A DNA stretch of 64,000 bases from Felis catus (lineage: Eukaryota): positions 88,228,001 to 88,292,000 of the forward strand of contig NC_058368.1 of assembly GCF_018350175.1 (NCBI RefSeq), written 5' to 3'. Made by a program: the position numbers and the translations under genes. The notes beneath the pieces were generated by a model that saw nothing but the letters and a program-made list of their open reading frames with translations, made no database searches and was not told the origin of the DNA. Within the stretch, counting starts at the first letter, position 1. Every line of letters begins with the position of its first letter. This document shows, in pieces, positions 1 to 12,396 of this stretch.

Positions 1-301
1 GGGAGAGTGTCTGCCCATCACACGAGCGCTGCCCAGGGGAGCCTCCCACCTAGGACCAGCCCCGTGCATCCCCACATCAGCGGCTCAGGTGGGCTGGGGA
101 GCTTTGTACCCCCATCCATGGGACCCTGGTGTCGCCATGCAGAGCTGCCAGGGAGGTTAGTGTGAGATGGCTCTTGGAGCACCTGTGTGTGTATGAGCTC
201 TGCACCTGACGCATGAGCCCGTGTGCGCATGTGTGTGCACTGTGGGTACGCACCACCCCATTTAGGCCCCGCAGCCACCCAGAGGAGCACAGTTCCTCAG
301 A

Positions 302-352
302 CCCACTTCACAGGCAGGAAAACTGAGGCACTGGGAGGTCCCAGGGGTGGTC
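302..352 (+). mobile_element. MIR SINE core remnant
   Basis: cccacttcacaggcaggaaaactgaggcac resembles the MIR core (cccattttacagatgaggaaactgaggc); short and diverged. Confidence 0.55.
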
Positions 353-2944
353 ACTTTGGCTCCATTATGTCCTGCCAGCTGATCAGAATTGACAGGTGTG
401 GGAGACTTGTGGGCATTCGGGGGTCAGGATAGGGAGTCCTGAGGGCTGGGTGGCTGGACCTGTTCCAGGGTGCTCCTTGCTGGGCCCTCCTGTTATCCGC
501 CGGAACCCAGGTGCCCCTCACAGCAGCCATGCCAGGTGCTGTCCAGCCTGGAGGGAGATCATGTCCCTGTTCCCACCTGAGACCACCCTGGCGGTCCCTG
601 TTCTTGGCAGAGCAGATGCGAGGAGGGGGACAGTTCCCTGTCTGCTCTGGGGCAGGGGAGCCTGCAGACATAGAGCCCCAGGCCGAGCTCCACAGCCCAG
701 TCCATCCATGCTACCCCACCTAAGGACCCCTCACATCCCAGCCTGGGCAGTAAGGGATTCCCCACTGCACGGCACACGGTGTGGAGCCTGTCATCAGTGG
801 GCAAGCCCTGGGTGCCAGCACAGGACCATGTCAGGGCAGACCTGCACTGTCTGCAGCCTCTGAGCCTGGCAGGGGGATGCCTGTGGGGTGTCTTCGTGGC
901 CAGGGCTCCCTCCCAGAACCCCAGGACTGTGTGCTCAGAGTGGGGTCCCGGACTGTAGACCAGGGCCCTACTGGCATCATGCACACCCACCTGTGGCAGC
1001 AACCCAGACCCCGCCTGGCTGGCCGGCTCCCCTTGCTCCTCCCAGATTCCGGCTCCAGCCACTCAGGACCTCTTAAGAGTCCCCAGAGCTGGGACAGGGC
1101 CCTGCTTCCTGCCGTGTGCCCCTTGGTGTGGGGCCAGGGCCAGCTTCCTCTATTAGTGGTGTCTGCCACTGTGGAGGGTGCCTTCTGGGAGGCTCTGCCA
1201 AACTCTGTTCAGGTGCCCGCCCTCCCCCCCGCCCTGCCCTGCCCCCACCACCATCCTGGATGCCCCATTCTCTCAACCACTTAATGAAGCCCCCACCAAT
1301 CCCTGTACCTCCCGCAGCTCCCACCTGGGGCTCTGTGGGGGCTCTGTCAGGTCTGTGGCCCCAAAGCGCCCCCCCGCCCCCCCGCCAGGATGGGGTTTAT
1401 CCGATGATACCCCTCAGTGCTGACTCTGTTTCCTCACGCAGGCGGTACCTTTTCAAGGTCGCTTTCCCAAACCCTGGCTTCATTTTGAGTCCTGCCCCCA
1501 GTCTGCCCTGGGCTCTGTTCCATTCACATCTCCTCCGGCCCTGAGGGACCCAATAGAGTCTTCTTGGCCAAAAGAGGCTGGCAGGTGCTGGGAGGAGGCC
1601 GGCCCTCCTTCCTGGGGTCAGCCTTCACCAGAGAAAGAAGGCTCTGTGGCCTGTGGGGACTGTGTCCTCCCTCTCTTCCTCTGGCCTTGGATACAGATGT
1701 GAGACTCCGTGGGCGACAGCCACAGCCCTTCTGTCCTGCGAGGAGAAGGCCACCATCTCCTTGCTGGCCCCTTGGTCCCTCCCTGGGCTGTGTTGCCGTG
1801 GCCCCTGGTGCCGAGCATGGGAGTCGCAGAGAGCTCTGTGTTGGAGTGTTCACAGCCCAGGAGGTGGGTGCTCTGCTGGAAACCCCCCAGCAGCTCGTTC
1901 CACATCCACAGGAAGCATCCCCCGTCCCCAGGAGTCAAGCCTTTCTGTTTCCTCCAAGCCCCATGGCATGAAGATTTCCAAATCTTCCATTTGCTAAGGA
2001 CAAGGCATGAATGCAATCCTGAATGCTTGGGAACAGGCAGTTGTGTTCCAAGAGGGAAACTGAACCCAGAGGAGGTAGGTGGAGAGGAGATGTGAGCTCA
2101 GGACTGTTTCCTCTGGCCTGGACCCAGTGAGCTCTGGGGAAAGGGGCAGGCAGTGGGGTGTGTGGACACTGCGAGGACACAGAAGCTCTAGAGGCTGAGG
2201 GGGCCCCTGGGGAGCCTGGGTAGGTGAGCTCAGAATTCTGCTCAGCTTCCCTGATAGGTGGTGGGTCTCTGCGAGCTGCTGGGACCCGGAAGGTCCTCAG
2301 AAGACCTGCTCCTGAGGCAGGGGCCCTCTCCTCTTGAGGGGACAGTGGGCTGGGACCCTGGGGCCAAGACACTAGGCCTTGTCTCTCTGTCCCCCAGGGG
2401 CTATAGTAAGACCTGGTATCTGTGGTGGGTGTGGGTGGGCAGGTGGGGGCTGTGGCTTTGGAGGGAGAGGAGGAGGGGCAGGGGGAGGAAGTGGTTTTTC
2501 CACGCGAGCCTCCACGGGCCTGCCCTGCCCTTCTCGCCACCTTCAGGAGTTGCCCGGGCTCCTCTGAGTCTCACTGCCCACTGGTCTATCCTGGGCTCCG
2601 TCTTCAGCTGCAGGACCCCAGAATCCCCAGCCCTTTGGCACACCCTCCTTCGTGCCCACCTCTCCCCCTGACCAGAGCATCCTTCCTGCTTCTTGAACTT
2701 CCATCTACACGTCAAAGCCCATCTCAAATACCCCCTTGCCTGGGCTTTGACTACGCTCCCCAGAGGGGAAGCTGGACACTGCCCCCGGGTGCTGACACTG
2801 CTCTGGCCCAACTTGCTTGTGTGCCTGACTGTGGGCCCTCCAGGGTGGGCTGGGGTCTGAGCCCCTGGGGCCTGGCATGGGGTCAGGTGAATGAGCCATT
2901 TAGCAAATGAACCAATGACTCAGCAGATAAATGGCAGAAGGACA

Positions 2945-2995
2945 GCCAGATGGGGAAACTGAGGCCTGGAGAGGAAGGGAGCTCTCCCAGGCCCT
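2945..2995 (+). mobile_element. MIR SINE core remnant
   Basis: cagatggggaaactgaggcctggagagg closely matches the MIR core. Confidence 0.6.
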
Positions 2996-3574
2996 CCCTC
3001 CTCTCAGCATGCAGACAGACATCCCTTGTCCCCTTCCTGTGCTAGCCAACAGCCCAGGCCCTGCTCCTGGGGTCAGGGCTGCCGGGGCTGCTGGATGCCG
3101 GGTGCCTTTGCCCGGTGAGACTCTGAGTGGGGCCTGGTGTGGGTTGCTGGCCCTGCACGCTCAGTGAGAGTCCCGCCTATCGGATCTGGCCCTCGCACAG
3201 AATGTAAGAAATGAGGCCCTGGGGACACAGCTGGACCATGCCTTCCTGGCTGGCTGTGCTCCGGAGCTGAGACTGCCCAGGCCCCAGAGGCCCTGTGTGG
3301 GAGAGTTTTTGACCGGGGTTGCCGTGCAAATGCCTGAGCACAGGTCAGCACTTGGTCTCTGGGCCTCTGGTCCATGGAACACCCTCCACCTCACCAAGGA
3401 CACTGCTGTGGGCTCCTGGGTGGGCGTACACATGCACCTGGACCTCTGTGCCCTTGTGTGTCTGTGAGCACAGGAATGTGTCTCCTTCCCAGTCCGTGAG
3501 CAGAGAGGAGGCCCCCATGTGTGCTCACACAAGAGTGGGCTCTGCAACCATGGTAGTGAGTGTGTGCTTTGTGG

Positions 3575-4395
3575 GTGCTGTGTGTCCTGGATGGATTGTG
3601 GGAGCTGAGCATTCTGGGTGAATGATGGGTGCTAAGTGCCCTGGGTGCATCCTGGGTGGGTTGTGGGCACTGTGCATCCTGGGTGCATCCTGGGTGCATG
3701 ATGGGTGCTGAGTGCACTGGGTACGTCTTGGGTGGATCCTGGGCACTGAGCATCCTGAGTGCTCAGTGCAGTGCTCTGGGTGTGTCCTGAGAGGATTGTG
3801 GGAGCTGAGTGTCCTGGGTGGATCCTGGGTGGATTGTGGGCACCATGCATCCTGGGTGCATCCTGGGTGCGTGATGGGTGCTGAGTGCCCTGGGTACGTC
3901 CTGGGTGGATTGTGGGAACTGAGTGTCCTGGGTATGTCCTGGGTGCATGATGGGTGCTGAGTGCCCTGGGTGTGTCTTGGGTGCATGATGGGTGCTGAGT
4001 GCCCTCGTGTGTCCTGGGTGGATCACGGGTGCTGTGTGTCCTGAGTGGATCACGGGTACTGAGTGCTCTGGGTATATCCTGGGTACATCCTGGGTACATG
4101 ATGGGTGCTGAGTGCCCTGGATGCGTCCTGGGTGCATGATGGGTGCTGAGTGTCCTGGGTGCATCCTGGGTGGATCGTGGGCACTGAGCATCTGGGTGCA
4201 TTCTAGGTGGATCGTGGGCACTGAGTGCTCTGGGTACATCCTGAGTGCATGATGGGTGCTGAGTGCCCTGGGTGCATTCTGGGTGGATCATGGGTTCTGT
4301 GTGTCCTGAATGGATCGTGGGCACTGTATGCTCTGCGTACATCCTTGGGTGCATTGTGAGTGCCCTGGGTAGGTCCTGGATGCGTCCTGGGTGCT
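3575..4395. repeat. Degenerate G/T-rich minisatellite (~0.8 kb)
   Basis: Recurrent modules gggtgcatcct, gggtgcatgatgggtgctgagtgccct and gggtggatc/ttgtgggcactga; the ORF track gives repetitive translations in several frames. Confidence 0.95.
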
Positions 4396-6799
4396 GGCAC
4401 AGGCATTTGTGCTCCCAGGACCTCTGGGTTTGAGCTTTGTCCTGCACCCCAGACTGTAGTTGCCCTGCATTTCATACATGGCAGATTTCCACCAACCAAG
4501 CTGCCTTTCAAAGGGCTAGGTTTATATTTCTAAGGTTCAGGAGAAACATGTCCAAGGAGCTCCAGGAGGGAAGCTGATCCTTTCCATTTGTTTTTGTGCT
4601 TTATCCTTGCTCTTTCCAGAGGCTGAATGTTTGAGAACTGGGATGGGTGGATGGAGAGGCTGGAGGGGCCAGTGCTGATGGCCCTACACCCTGGGACGCC
4701 AAATTGCAGGCTCCCCTACACTGCCACTGGTCTCCTGGCAGCTGGGTGGCTGGTCAGGAGGGCAAGTGAGCCAGAGGTTCCTGCAGGAGGAGGTGTGCAT
4801 GGGCCAGGATGATGCCTGGCGAGTCTGTGGAGGTCAGCATGGCCAAGGGGAAGGAGACCCAGAGAACTCAGCACCAGCCTCTGCGTTATCTCCATGAGCT
4901 CTCCTTGCCGGTGGCACAGACTACTCTCTGTGGACCGTCCTGTGCTGAGGCCAGCATGCACCCTGTGGCAGGGCTCACCTCTGCCCCTGAATTGGGCCTG
5001 CAAACTGAGCCCGCACTTACTCTGGGGGACGTGCCTAGTGGGAGGCAGTGGGGTCAGTATAAGGGCCTCTTCCCTTCTGCAGCCTCAGGGCTGTAGCCAA
5101 ACCACTGGGCACCAGCCTGGGAGGCCGGGACCCCTGGGAGGCAGCCCAAGGCCTGAGCGGTGGGGGAGACACCACCTTTTCTTTCCTCTTGGCCTGGTAA
5201 GCCCTGCACCCCACGTCCGTCTCCTGGCCTGGAACCCCAGAGAGGCCGAGGCCCTCCGTGAAGGCAGTGCGTGCCAAGCCAGGTCACAGCCCTGCAATCA
5301 CGTGGGCCCTGCAAGAATGCCCCGGCCACTCCCTGCTCTGTCTGCTGGACATCAGCCCCTGGTTCCTGGGCCCCAAGGGTGCTGGGATGCACTCCAACCC
5401 TCAGGAGTTAGCATCGCAGAGACCCTTCTTGGTGGGTGCCAAGGCACATAGCCCTGAGACCCTCACTGAGGATCCTGGGCCTGCATGGGGTTGCTTGCTG
5501 AGCCCCTTCTGGCCCTGCAGGCCTGCCCTGGGACTTGAAGGCCCGTTCTGCCTCTATGCTCCCCAAGGACCTGGGGGAGGAGGGCCATGGCAGGGAAAGC
5601 CTGCTGGCCACTTGGGCTCCTGCAGGAGGGAGGCATGGCCCTGGAGTGCCAAGTGAGGGGTTAACAGTTGTTTCTTCTGGTCCAGAGACAGAAGGAAGAA
5701 AAGTCCCGCCCTGCCCCTCCACCCTGCCCCTTCTCCCCCTCCCAGCGTTCCTCCTTCCTTCTGCCGGTGAATTCCCGGAATTCCTTCTCAATCGCCTGGG
5801 TGTGATCCAGCGCCTGGCACTTCTCTTGAGTCCTTACCCTGTGGCCTCCAGGCTTGGAAGCCAGCGCCTGTCCCTGTGATCCAGGGTCCAGGGTGGGGGC
5901 TACAAAAGCCCGCTCAGTGTTGGGGGAGGCAATTCTTGGCTGGCAGAGGGGTTGTGGACGGCTGGTTCCCACTCCGTGCAGCCACAGGCACTGGGGAGTC
6001 AGGAGTCAGGCCAAGACCTGGCCCTGTCCTCTTAGCACCTGGCCTTGAAGGTCACCCCCAGCCACTTGCACGGGAGCCCCTGTTTCTGGCAGGGGGGTGC
6101 GAGGTTCTGAACTACCTCAGCACTGCTGGAAAAAGCATTCTTGTCTGTGCTGTCTTGTGTTTGTCGGGGGCTAGACACCCCACCTCGGCTGGTAGTTCTG
6201 GTCAGCTGCATTCCAGGACCCCAAAGGCCTGGTGTGGGTGGAGGGTGGGTGAGCGTCTGGGGAGGCCTGCAGCAGCGGCCACAGAGGCAGGCAGCACCTC
6301 ACAGCCCACTTCCCGCCCCCGGGGAACAGGTGCCTCTGGCTGGATGTGTCCCTGGGGCACATGGCATGCTCTCCTTCTAGAGCTGGCCCCTACCTGGTCC
6401 AGAGGGTCATGGCTGCAGGTGTAGCCACAATACCAGATCCACCACTGCAGCTGTGCCATTGAGACCAAGTCCCTGACTTGCAGGAGCTCTCACAGCTCCC
6501 CAAGTGTAGGTTATACTGGCCAGCAGGGGTCAGGTGGCTGACCAGAGGAGCTGACCAGAGATTCTTCTGGTGGCTGCCAAGGATGAAGCCTGGCCTGTCT
6601 CTGGCCAGCCTGGAAGAGTGAGGAAGTGGGGGGTGGATGCCAGTCTAGGCCTGCAGGCTGTCCCTCCCTGGAGGGAAGGCATCTCTTGTGGGCTGTTGAA
6701 CCCAGACCTGGGCTGTCAGGACCCCAAGATACACAGTGCTGTAACATAGGCCAGGTTCAGGGCAAGGCTGCGCTCAGCTGGGAAAACCATCCTGTGGCC

Positions 6800-8100
6800 A
6801 TGCCCTTCCCTTCCCTACAGGGACGCTACTCCCTGAGGGTCAGTCCTCCCTGGAGGACAGTCCTCCTGTGAAGATGCTCCTCCCTGGGGGACATTCCTCT
6901 TTGGGGGACAGTCCTCCTGTGAAACTGCTCCTCCCTGGGCACAGTCCTCCTGTGGGGACACACCTCCCTGGGGGACAGTCTTCCCTGTAGGGATGCTCCT
7001 CCCTGGGGGACAGTCCTCCTGTGGGGACGCTCTTCCCTGGGGGACAATCCTTCTGTGGAAATGCTCCTCCCTGGAGATAGTCCTCCTGTGGGGACATTCC
7101 TCCCTGGGGGAGAGTCTTCCCTGTAGGGATGCTCCTCCCTGGGGGACAATCCTCCTGTGGGATGCTCCTCCCTGGGGGACAATCCTCCTGTGGGGACGCT
7201 CTTCCCTGGGGGACAGTCCTCCTGTGGGGATGTTACTCCCTGGGGCACAGTCCTCTTGTGGGGACGCTCCTCCCTGGGGGACAGTCCTCCTGTGGGACAC
7301 TCCTCCCTGGGAGACAATCCTCCCTGTGGGGACACTTCTCCCTGGGGGACAGTCCTCCTGTGGGGATGTTCCTCCCTGGGGCACAGTCCTCTTGTGGGGA
7401 TGTTCCTCCCTGGGGGACAGTCCTCCTGTGGGACACTCCTCCCTGGGGGACAATCCTTCCTGGGGTACAGTCCTTTTATGGGGATGCTCCTCCCTGGGGC
7501 ACAGTCCTCTGAATGGGACGCTCCTCCCTGGGGGACAGTCTTCCTGTGTGGATGCTCCTCCCTCGTGCACAATCCTCCTGTGGGATGCTCCTTTAGGGGT
7601 ACAGTCCTCCTGTGGGGACAGTTCTCCTGTAGGGATGCTCTTCCCTGAGGGACAGTCTTTCCTGTGGGGATGCTCCTCCCTGGGGGATAGTCCTCCTATG
7701 GGGATGCTCCTCCTTGGGGCACAGTCCTCCTGTGGGGATACTCTTCTCCCGGGGGTATAGTCCTCCCTGGGGTACAGTCCTCCCTGTGGGGATCCTCCTC
7801 CATGGGGGACAGTCCTCCCTGTCGGGATGCCCATCCCTGGGGGACAGTCTTCCTGTGGGGACGCTCCTCCCTGGGGGACAGTCCTCCCTGTAGGGATGTT
7901 CCTCCCTGGGCACAGTCCTTCCTTTGGGGATGCTTCTCCCTGTAGAGATATTCCTTCCTATAAGGACAGTCCTCCTGTGGGGATGCTCCTCCCTGTGAGA
8001 GAGTCCTCCTGTGGGAATACCGTCCCGGTGGGGACAGTATCCCCCAGAGACACTCTCCCTGTGGGGACAGTCCCCTCCCCCTGGGGACATCCTCCTGTGG
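6800..8100. repeat. 34-35 bp minisatellite (~1.3 kb, roughly 35-38 copies)
   Basis: Unit approx. gatgctcctccctgggggacagtcctcctgtggg(g), tandemly repeated with variant units. Confidence 0.97.
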
Positions 8101-8509
8101 GGTTGGCCTGTGTGGGAGGAGCCCTTGTGTGACAGAGATGTATGTGTCGTCAAGTTAGCTGAGGACACATCTTCACTGTCTCCACAGGCAGGAGGTCTGC
8201 AGCTGCCCCACCTCTGTGTCACCCCTCCTTGCTGCAGCCTGAGGTTGTCACCACTGCAAGGGCCATGCTGCCCATGACAGTTCAGCCTTGTCTGCAGCCC
8301 TACAGGATCTCCAGGCGTGGCCCTCTTCACAGGGGTAAAGGGCAGCCCATCAGGTGGCCCCTCCAGAGTGTGCTCTGCACTGCGCTTCCCGAACCACAGG
8401 CCACATGAGGACTTGGGCACAGACATGAGAATCCTGGTGCACTCGCCCAGCAGCCACTGACATGTGTGTTATTTCACCTGCTGGGTCCCAGCGTTCCAGA
8501 GCAGGGCTG

Positions 8510-8612
8510 GGGAAGGTCGTAAAAACGTTGCGGTAACCTATATATTATTTTTATGCCGGGGCTTAACACGGCGCCTTTGACACATGTGCGGGAGCCTTGT
8601 CATAAATCAGGC
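8510..8612. promoter_or_regulatory. Candidate enhancer: posterior-HOX / PBX-HOX motif cluster
   Basis: GTCGTAAAA (8516-8524), TTTTATG (8549-8555) and TGATTTATGACA on the minus strand (8598-8609), in a locally AT-rich, CpG-retaining patch. Confidence 0.35.
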
Positions 8613-10275
8613 CCTGGGTTCACCAGGCGCACATACAGGAGGCTGCCCGTGCCTCACATGTATGCTCTGGGGAGCCTGGCCTTGGGGCCGGAGCTTGAGA
8701 TCCTGCAGCCTGGGTCTGGGGTCCAGCCGCTGGCTGGCCTCCCTGGCCTCCCACAAAGTTTCCTTTAGTGCAGGGGACAGTGACAGCTCTCAGCAGCTCC
8801 AGGCCGGAAGTTGAGGGAATGCCCACACGCATGTGTCAGTGTGCATTCTCTGGATGCGCGTGCATTTGTGTGTCTGCGTGCAGATGTGGCTGCGCAGAGG
8901 CCCAGCTCCTCTGTCCACTCCAGGCCAGCCTCCAAAGCCTCCTGACTGGATGAGCCGGCTGTGCCTGGTCACAGCCACAGACGTTCCCCTGGGCAGACAG
9001 GCGACGGCAGCCCCGGGGCATCTTCTGGTCCCAGGAGACCAAAGGGAGTCAGGCTCTCTCTCCTCACTGGACCTCTGGGCATCCGCTTCTTCCTCTGCAT
9101 ACAGGGCTGGCTCCAGCATAGGGTGGGCGAGGTGAGGGGCTGCAAGGAAAATGATGCGTTCTTTCTGGACCAGGAATCTGGAGGGCCATCCTGGCGAGGT
9201 GCACATCCTGGACGTGCAGCTTCACCGGGGGATGGCCCCTGAGGATGAGCCAGCCTTCTTCATGGGTGTGTGCATGGCTGGGTCAGGGCTCCTTCCTCAC
9301 TGCCCTTCAGCTCTGGGCTGAGGCCCCAGGGCAGGGCTGCTGAGTGCTACAGCACTGCCTGCTTCCAGCCCTTTCTCTGGGCTCCTTGGGGGCAGGAACT
9401 GGCTCTGAGGGACCACAGGGTCCTGTGTGGTTCTGAGCCTCCTGCCCTGGTGGGTGTGTCTTCACTCTCCATCCTCTCTTCCAGGGAGAGGGGGCCCCCT
9501 GCCTTACATCCTGGCTGGGAGACACGCGGACACACATCCCCACAGCCCCCAGAATGTCTGTGTGCGCACGTGTACTGTGTGCCTCAGCAGGCCGGGGACC
9601 CGGTGGCGGGTCACATCTATGGAGCCCAGGAGCAGGCTTTAGGAGAGGATGTCCTGGTTGCACAAGGTACAACCCCAAACTGTCCAACACAATAGCCAAC
9701 ATTGGTGAAAGGCCTGTTTTGGGGTCTGACTGGCAGTTCTGGCTCTGGGCCTCCCATGGGGACCTGGGCTGCATCTGTCTTATCTGTCCTCTGAGGAGGC
9801 TCTGGAGTGACTGCCAGGCACGAAGCCTCCTGACAAAGGTGTCATTTCTTCCCAGTTCTGCCCCTGACCCCAGGCAGGATGGTGGAAACAGCTCTGTCCC
9901 CTGACTACCTGCCCCTGCAGAGTCAGGCAGGGTCCCAGGTCCTCCCTGCTCTGGACAGCAGGAACAGCTGACCTCCTTGACCCCATCTGGGGGCAGCAGA
10001 GGGGTCAGGATGGGTGGTTGAGGGGAGCTTGGGGCAAGGCAGGAGCCCACTGGGGCTGAGCTTGCCAGTGGCCAGGGCGGCTCTCCAGTGCCTTTGCAAA
10101 GGCAGGCTGGAGCAGGCGGGCGTGGAGGTGGAGACTCAGACCTACGGGGTAGGTGGCCAGGAGGGGTCCTTCCTGAGTGGGAGTCATCCCTGAGTGGGGT
10201 CCTGGGAGGGGCCTATCTGGCAGAGGCTGGCCCTAAGGGTCTGTGGCTGTGGGGGAAGTGGGCAGAGAAGCAGTT

Positions 10276-10510
10276 ACACACACACACACACACGCACACA
10301 TACATACATACACACACATACATAGACACACATACACACACAGGACACACACATACACATATACATACACAGACACACACAGACACACATAGATACACAC
10401 ACACATACATACACCAACAGACACACAGACACATATACACACGTAGACACACACATGCACACATACACACACACACAGACATACTCCGACATACACTTAT
10501 ACACACACAG
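10276..10510. repeat. Compound (CA)n/(CATA)n/(CAGA)n microsatellite
   Basis: ~235 bp of interrupted CA repeats. Confidence 0.97.
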
Positions 10511-10802
10511 CCAGCCTCAGGGGCAGCTTGCTGAGCCACAGGGAGGGAGGGTGGGCATGTAAGGTGCTGATGTGGCCCCCACCATTCCAGGCAGCCAGGC
10601 AGTGGAGGGCACTGGACTGACAGATAAGCTATCTGTGCGGAGTGCTGGAGAGGAGGCCTTATCAGTACTGGCGGAAGGACAGGCTCCTCAGGAGATAGAC
10701 GCAGGCAGCTGAAGGTGACACCTGATAAAAGTCCTCAGGCCCGACTGGGGTTGGGGATGGAGAGCTGGCCTGACCTTCCACCTGCTGGGCCCTCTTGTTC
10801 TC

Positions 10803-11545
10803 TGGGATGTGGGCATCTGGACTGTGGGCACCTGGGATGTGGGCATCTGGACCGTGAGCATCTGAGTTGTGGGCACCTGGGAGGTGGGCATCTGGACCAT
10901 GGACAACTGGGAGGTGGGCATCTGGGCTGTAGGCACCTGGACCATGGACAGCTGGGAAGTGGGCATCTGGACCATGAGTATCTGGGACATAGGAACCTGG
11001 GAGGTGGGCATCTGGTCTGTGGGCACCTGGGAAGTGGGCATGTGAGTAATCCAGCATCTGTACTTTGGGTACCTGGGATGAGGGTACCTGGGCCGTGGAC
11101 ACCTGGGAAAGTGGGCATCTAGGCTGTGGGCACCTGGAAAATAGGCATCTGGACTGTGGACACCTGGGACGTGGGCATCTTGGAAGCCAGTGTCTGGACC
11201 GCAGTTACCTGGGATGAAGGCACCTTGGCTATGGACACCAGACTGTGGACACCTGGGAGGTGGGCATCTGGGCCATGGACACCTGGGAGGTGGGCATCTA
11301 GACTGTGGGCACCTGGGAAATGGGCATCTGAGAATCCAGCATCTGGACTGTGGGTACCTGGGATGAGGGTACCTGGGCCATGGATACCCGGGAAAGTGGG
11401 CATCTAGGCTGTGGGCACCTGGAAAGTGGGCATCTTGGAAGCCAGTGTCTGGACTGTGGGTACCTGGCATGAAGGCACCTGGGCTATGGACACCAGACTG
11501 TGGACACCTGGGAAATGGGCATTGTCGACATCTGGGTCATGGACA
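10803..11545. repeat. 15/30-bp minisatellite with higher-order ~255-285 bp duplication
   Basis: Unit gggcacctgggaggt-gggcatctggactgt; block at ~11051 recurs at ~11336 and block at ~11171 recurs at ~11426. Confidence 0.95.
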
Positions 11546-12354
11546 CATTTGGCCTGGAATATCTCGGCCTGGGGCAGTCTCATGGGCATCTGGCTAGTTC
11601 AGGTGCCACCCTGGCTTGCTGGTGGTGGCATTTCTCCTGGGCCTGGGCATGGCCTTCTCACACAGGAGCGGTGGAAGGTGTCTGTGTGGAGGGTGTGGAG
11701 AGGCAGTGGAAATTAGCTCCACAGGAAAAGCATGGGACATTATGAAACACATTGGCTGTAATTCAGAGGCAATGTCCAGGTGCTGAGATTCAGATGGGGG
11801 CAGCCCCACTCTGAGGGGGGCCTCATACCAGCCCTGCAGCAGCCGGGGACCCTCACACAGGTCCTCACACACCTCCATCACCCACACTGCAAGGCCCAGA
11901 GATAGGGCCTGGAGTGCAGACCTTCTCCTTACCAAGTCTCTCCAAAGGGACGCTGGATTGTTCCTTGAAGCCAGCTCCAGGGTGGGGCTCTGTGCTCCCA
12001 GCCCCTGGAGAAGCCCCGCCCAGGATCCTGGGACAGTGGGCCCCATTTGCTCCGGGTCCCAGGCTGTCTGTCCTTTAGCTCTGCACAATGCGATGATGCA
12101 GGAGGGGCACCCCCGGCCCTTCCTGGTTGGGTGGCTGCTGTCTGGCAGGCTCAGCCCCTGCTTGTGCATGCGTCTGGGGGTTTCCAAAGCTGGCCCTGAG
12201 GTCTATCGGGACAGAAGGTGGGTGCAGTATGCTGGGCCGGTGGCCTGGCTGGGGAGCCGCCCGCCCACAGCACACACATGTGTTTTATAAGGACATAGGA
12301 GGTGGCTTCTGCTCTCTGCTCCACTGCATTTTATTTAAAAGGTAGGGGAAAGAA

Positions 12355-12396
12355 AGTCAAATAAACAGTGGTTCCCACAAGGACCACACACGTGGC
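12355..12396. promoter_or_regulatory. Candidate enhancer motif cluster (FOX, RBPJ, RUNX, E-box)
   Basis: AAATAAACA 12359-12367, TTCCCAC 12372-12378, ACCACA 12383-12388, CACGTG 12389-12394. Confidence 0.25.

Noticed and set aside
3391..8426. Long ORFs of 150-339 aa over the 3.6 kb and 6.8 kb arrays
   Set aside because: They are translations of minisatellites that are open in several frames on both strands; the 34/35-bp unit does not preserve frame
10088..10539. His/Thr- or Cys/Val-rich ORFs
   Set aside because: Translations of the CA microsatellite
3575..11545. CRISPR-like or immunoglobulin switch-region interpretation of the arrays
   Set aside because: Eukaryotic DNA with no unique spacers or cas genes; the arrays lack dense GAGCT/GGGCT pentamers and no Ig constant exons are visible
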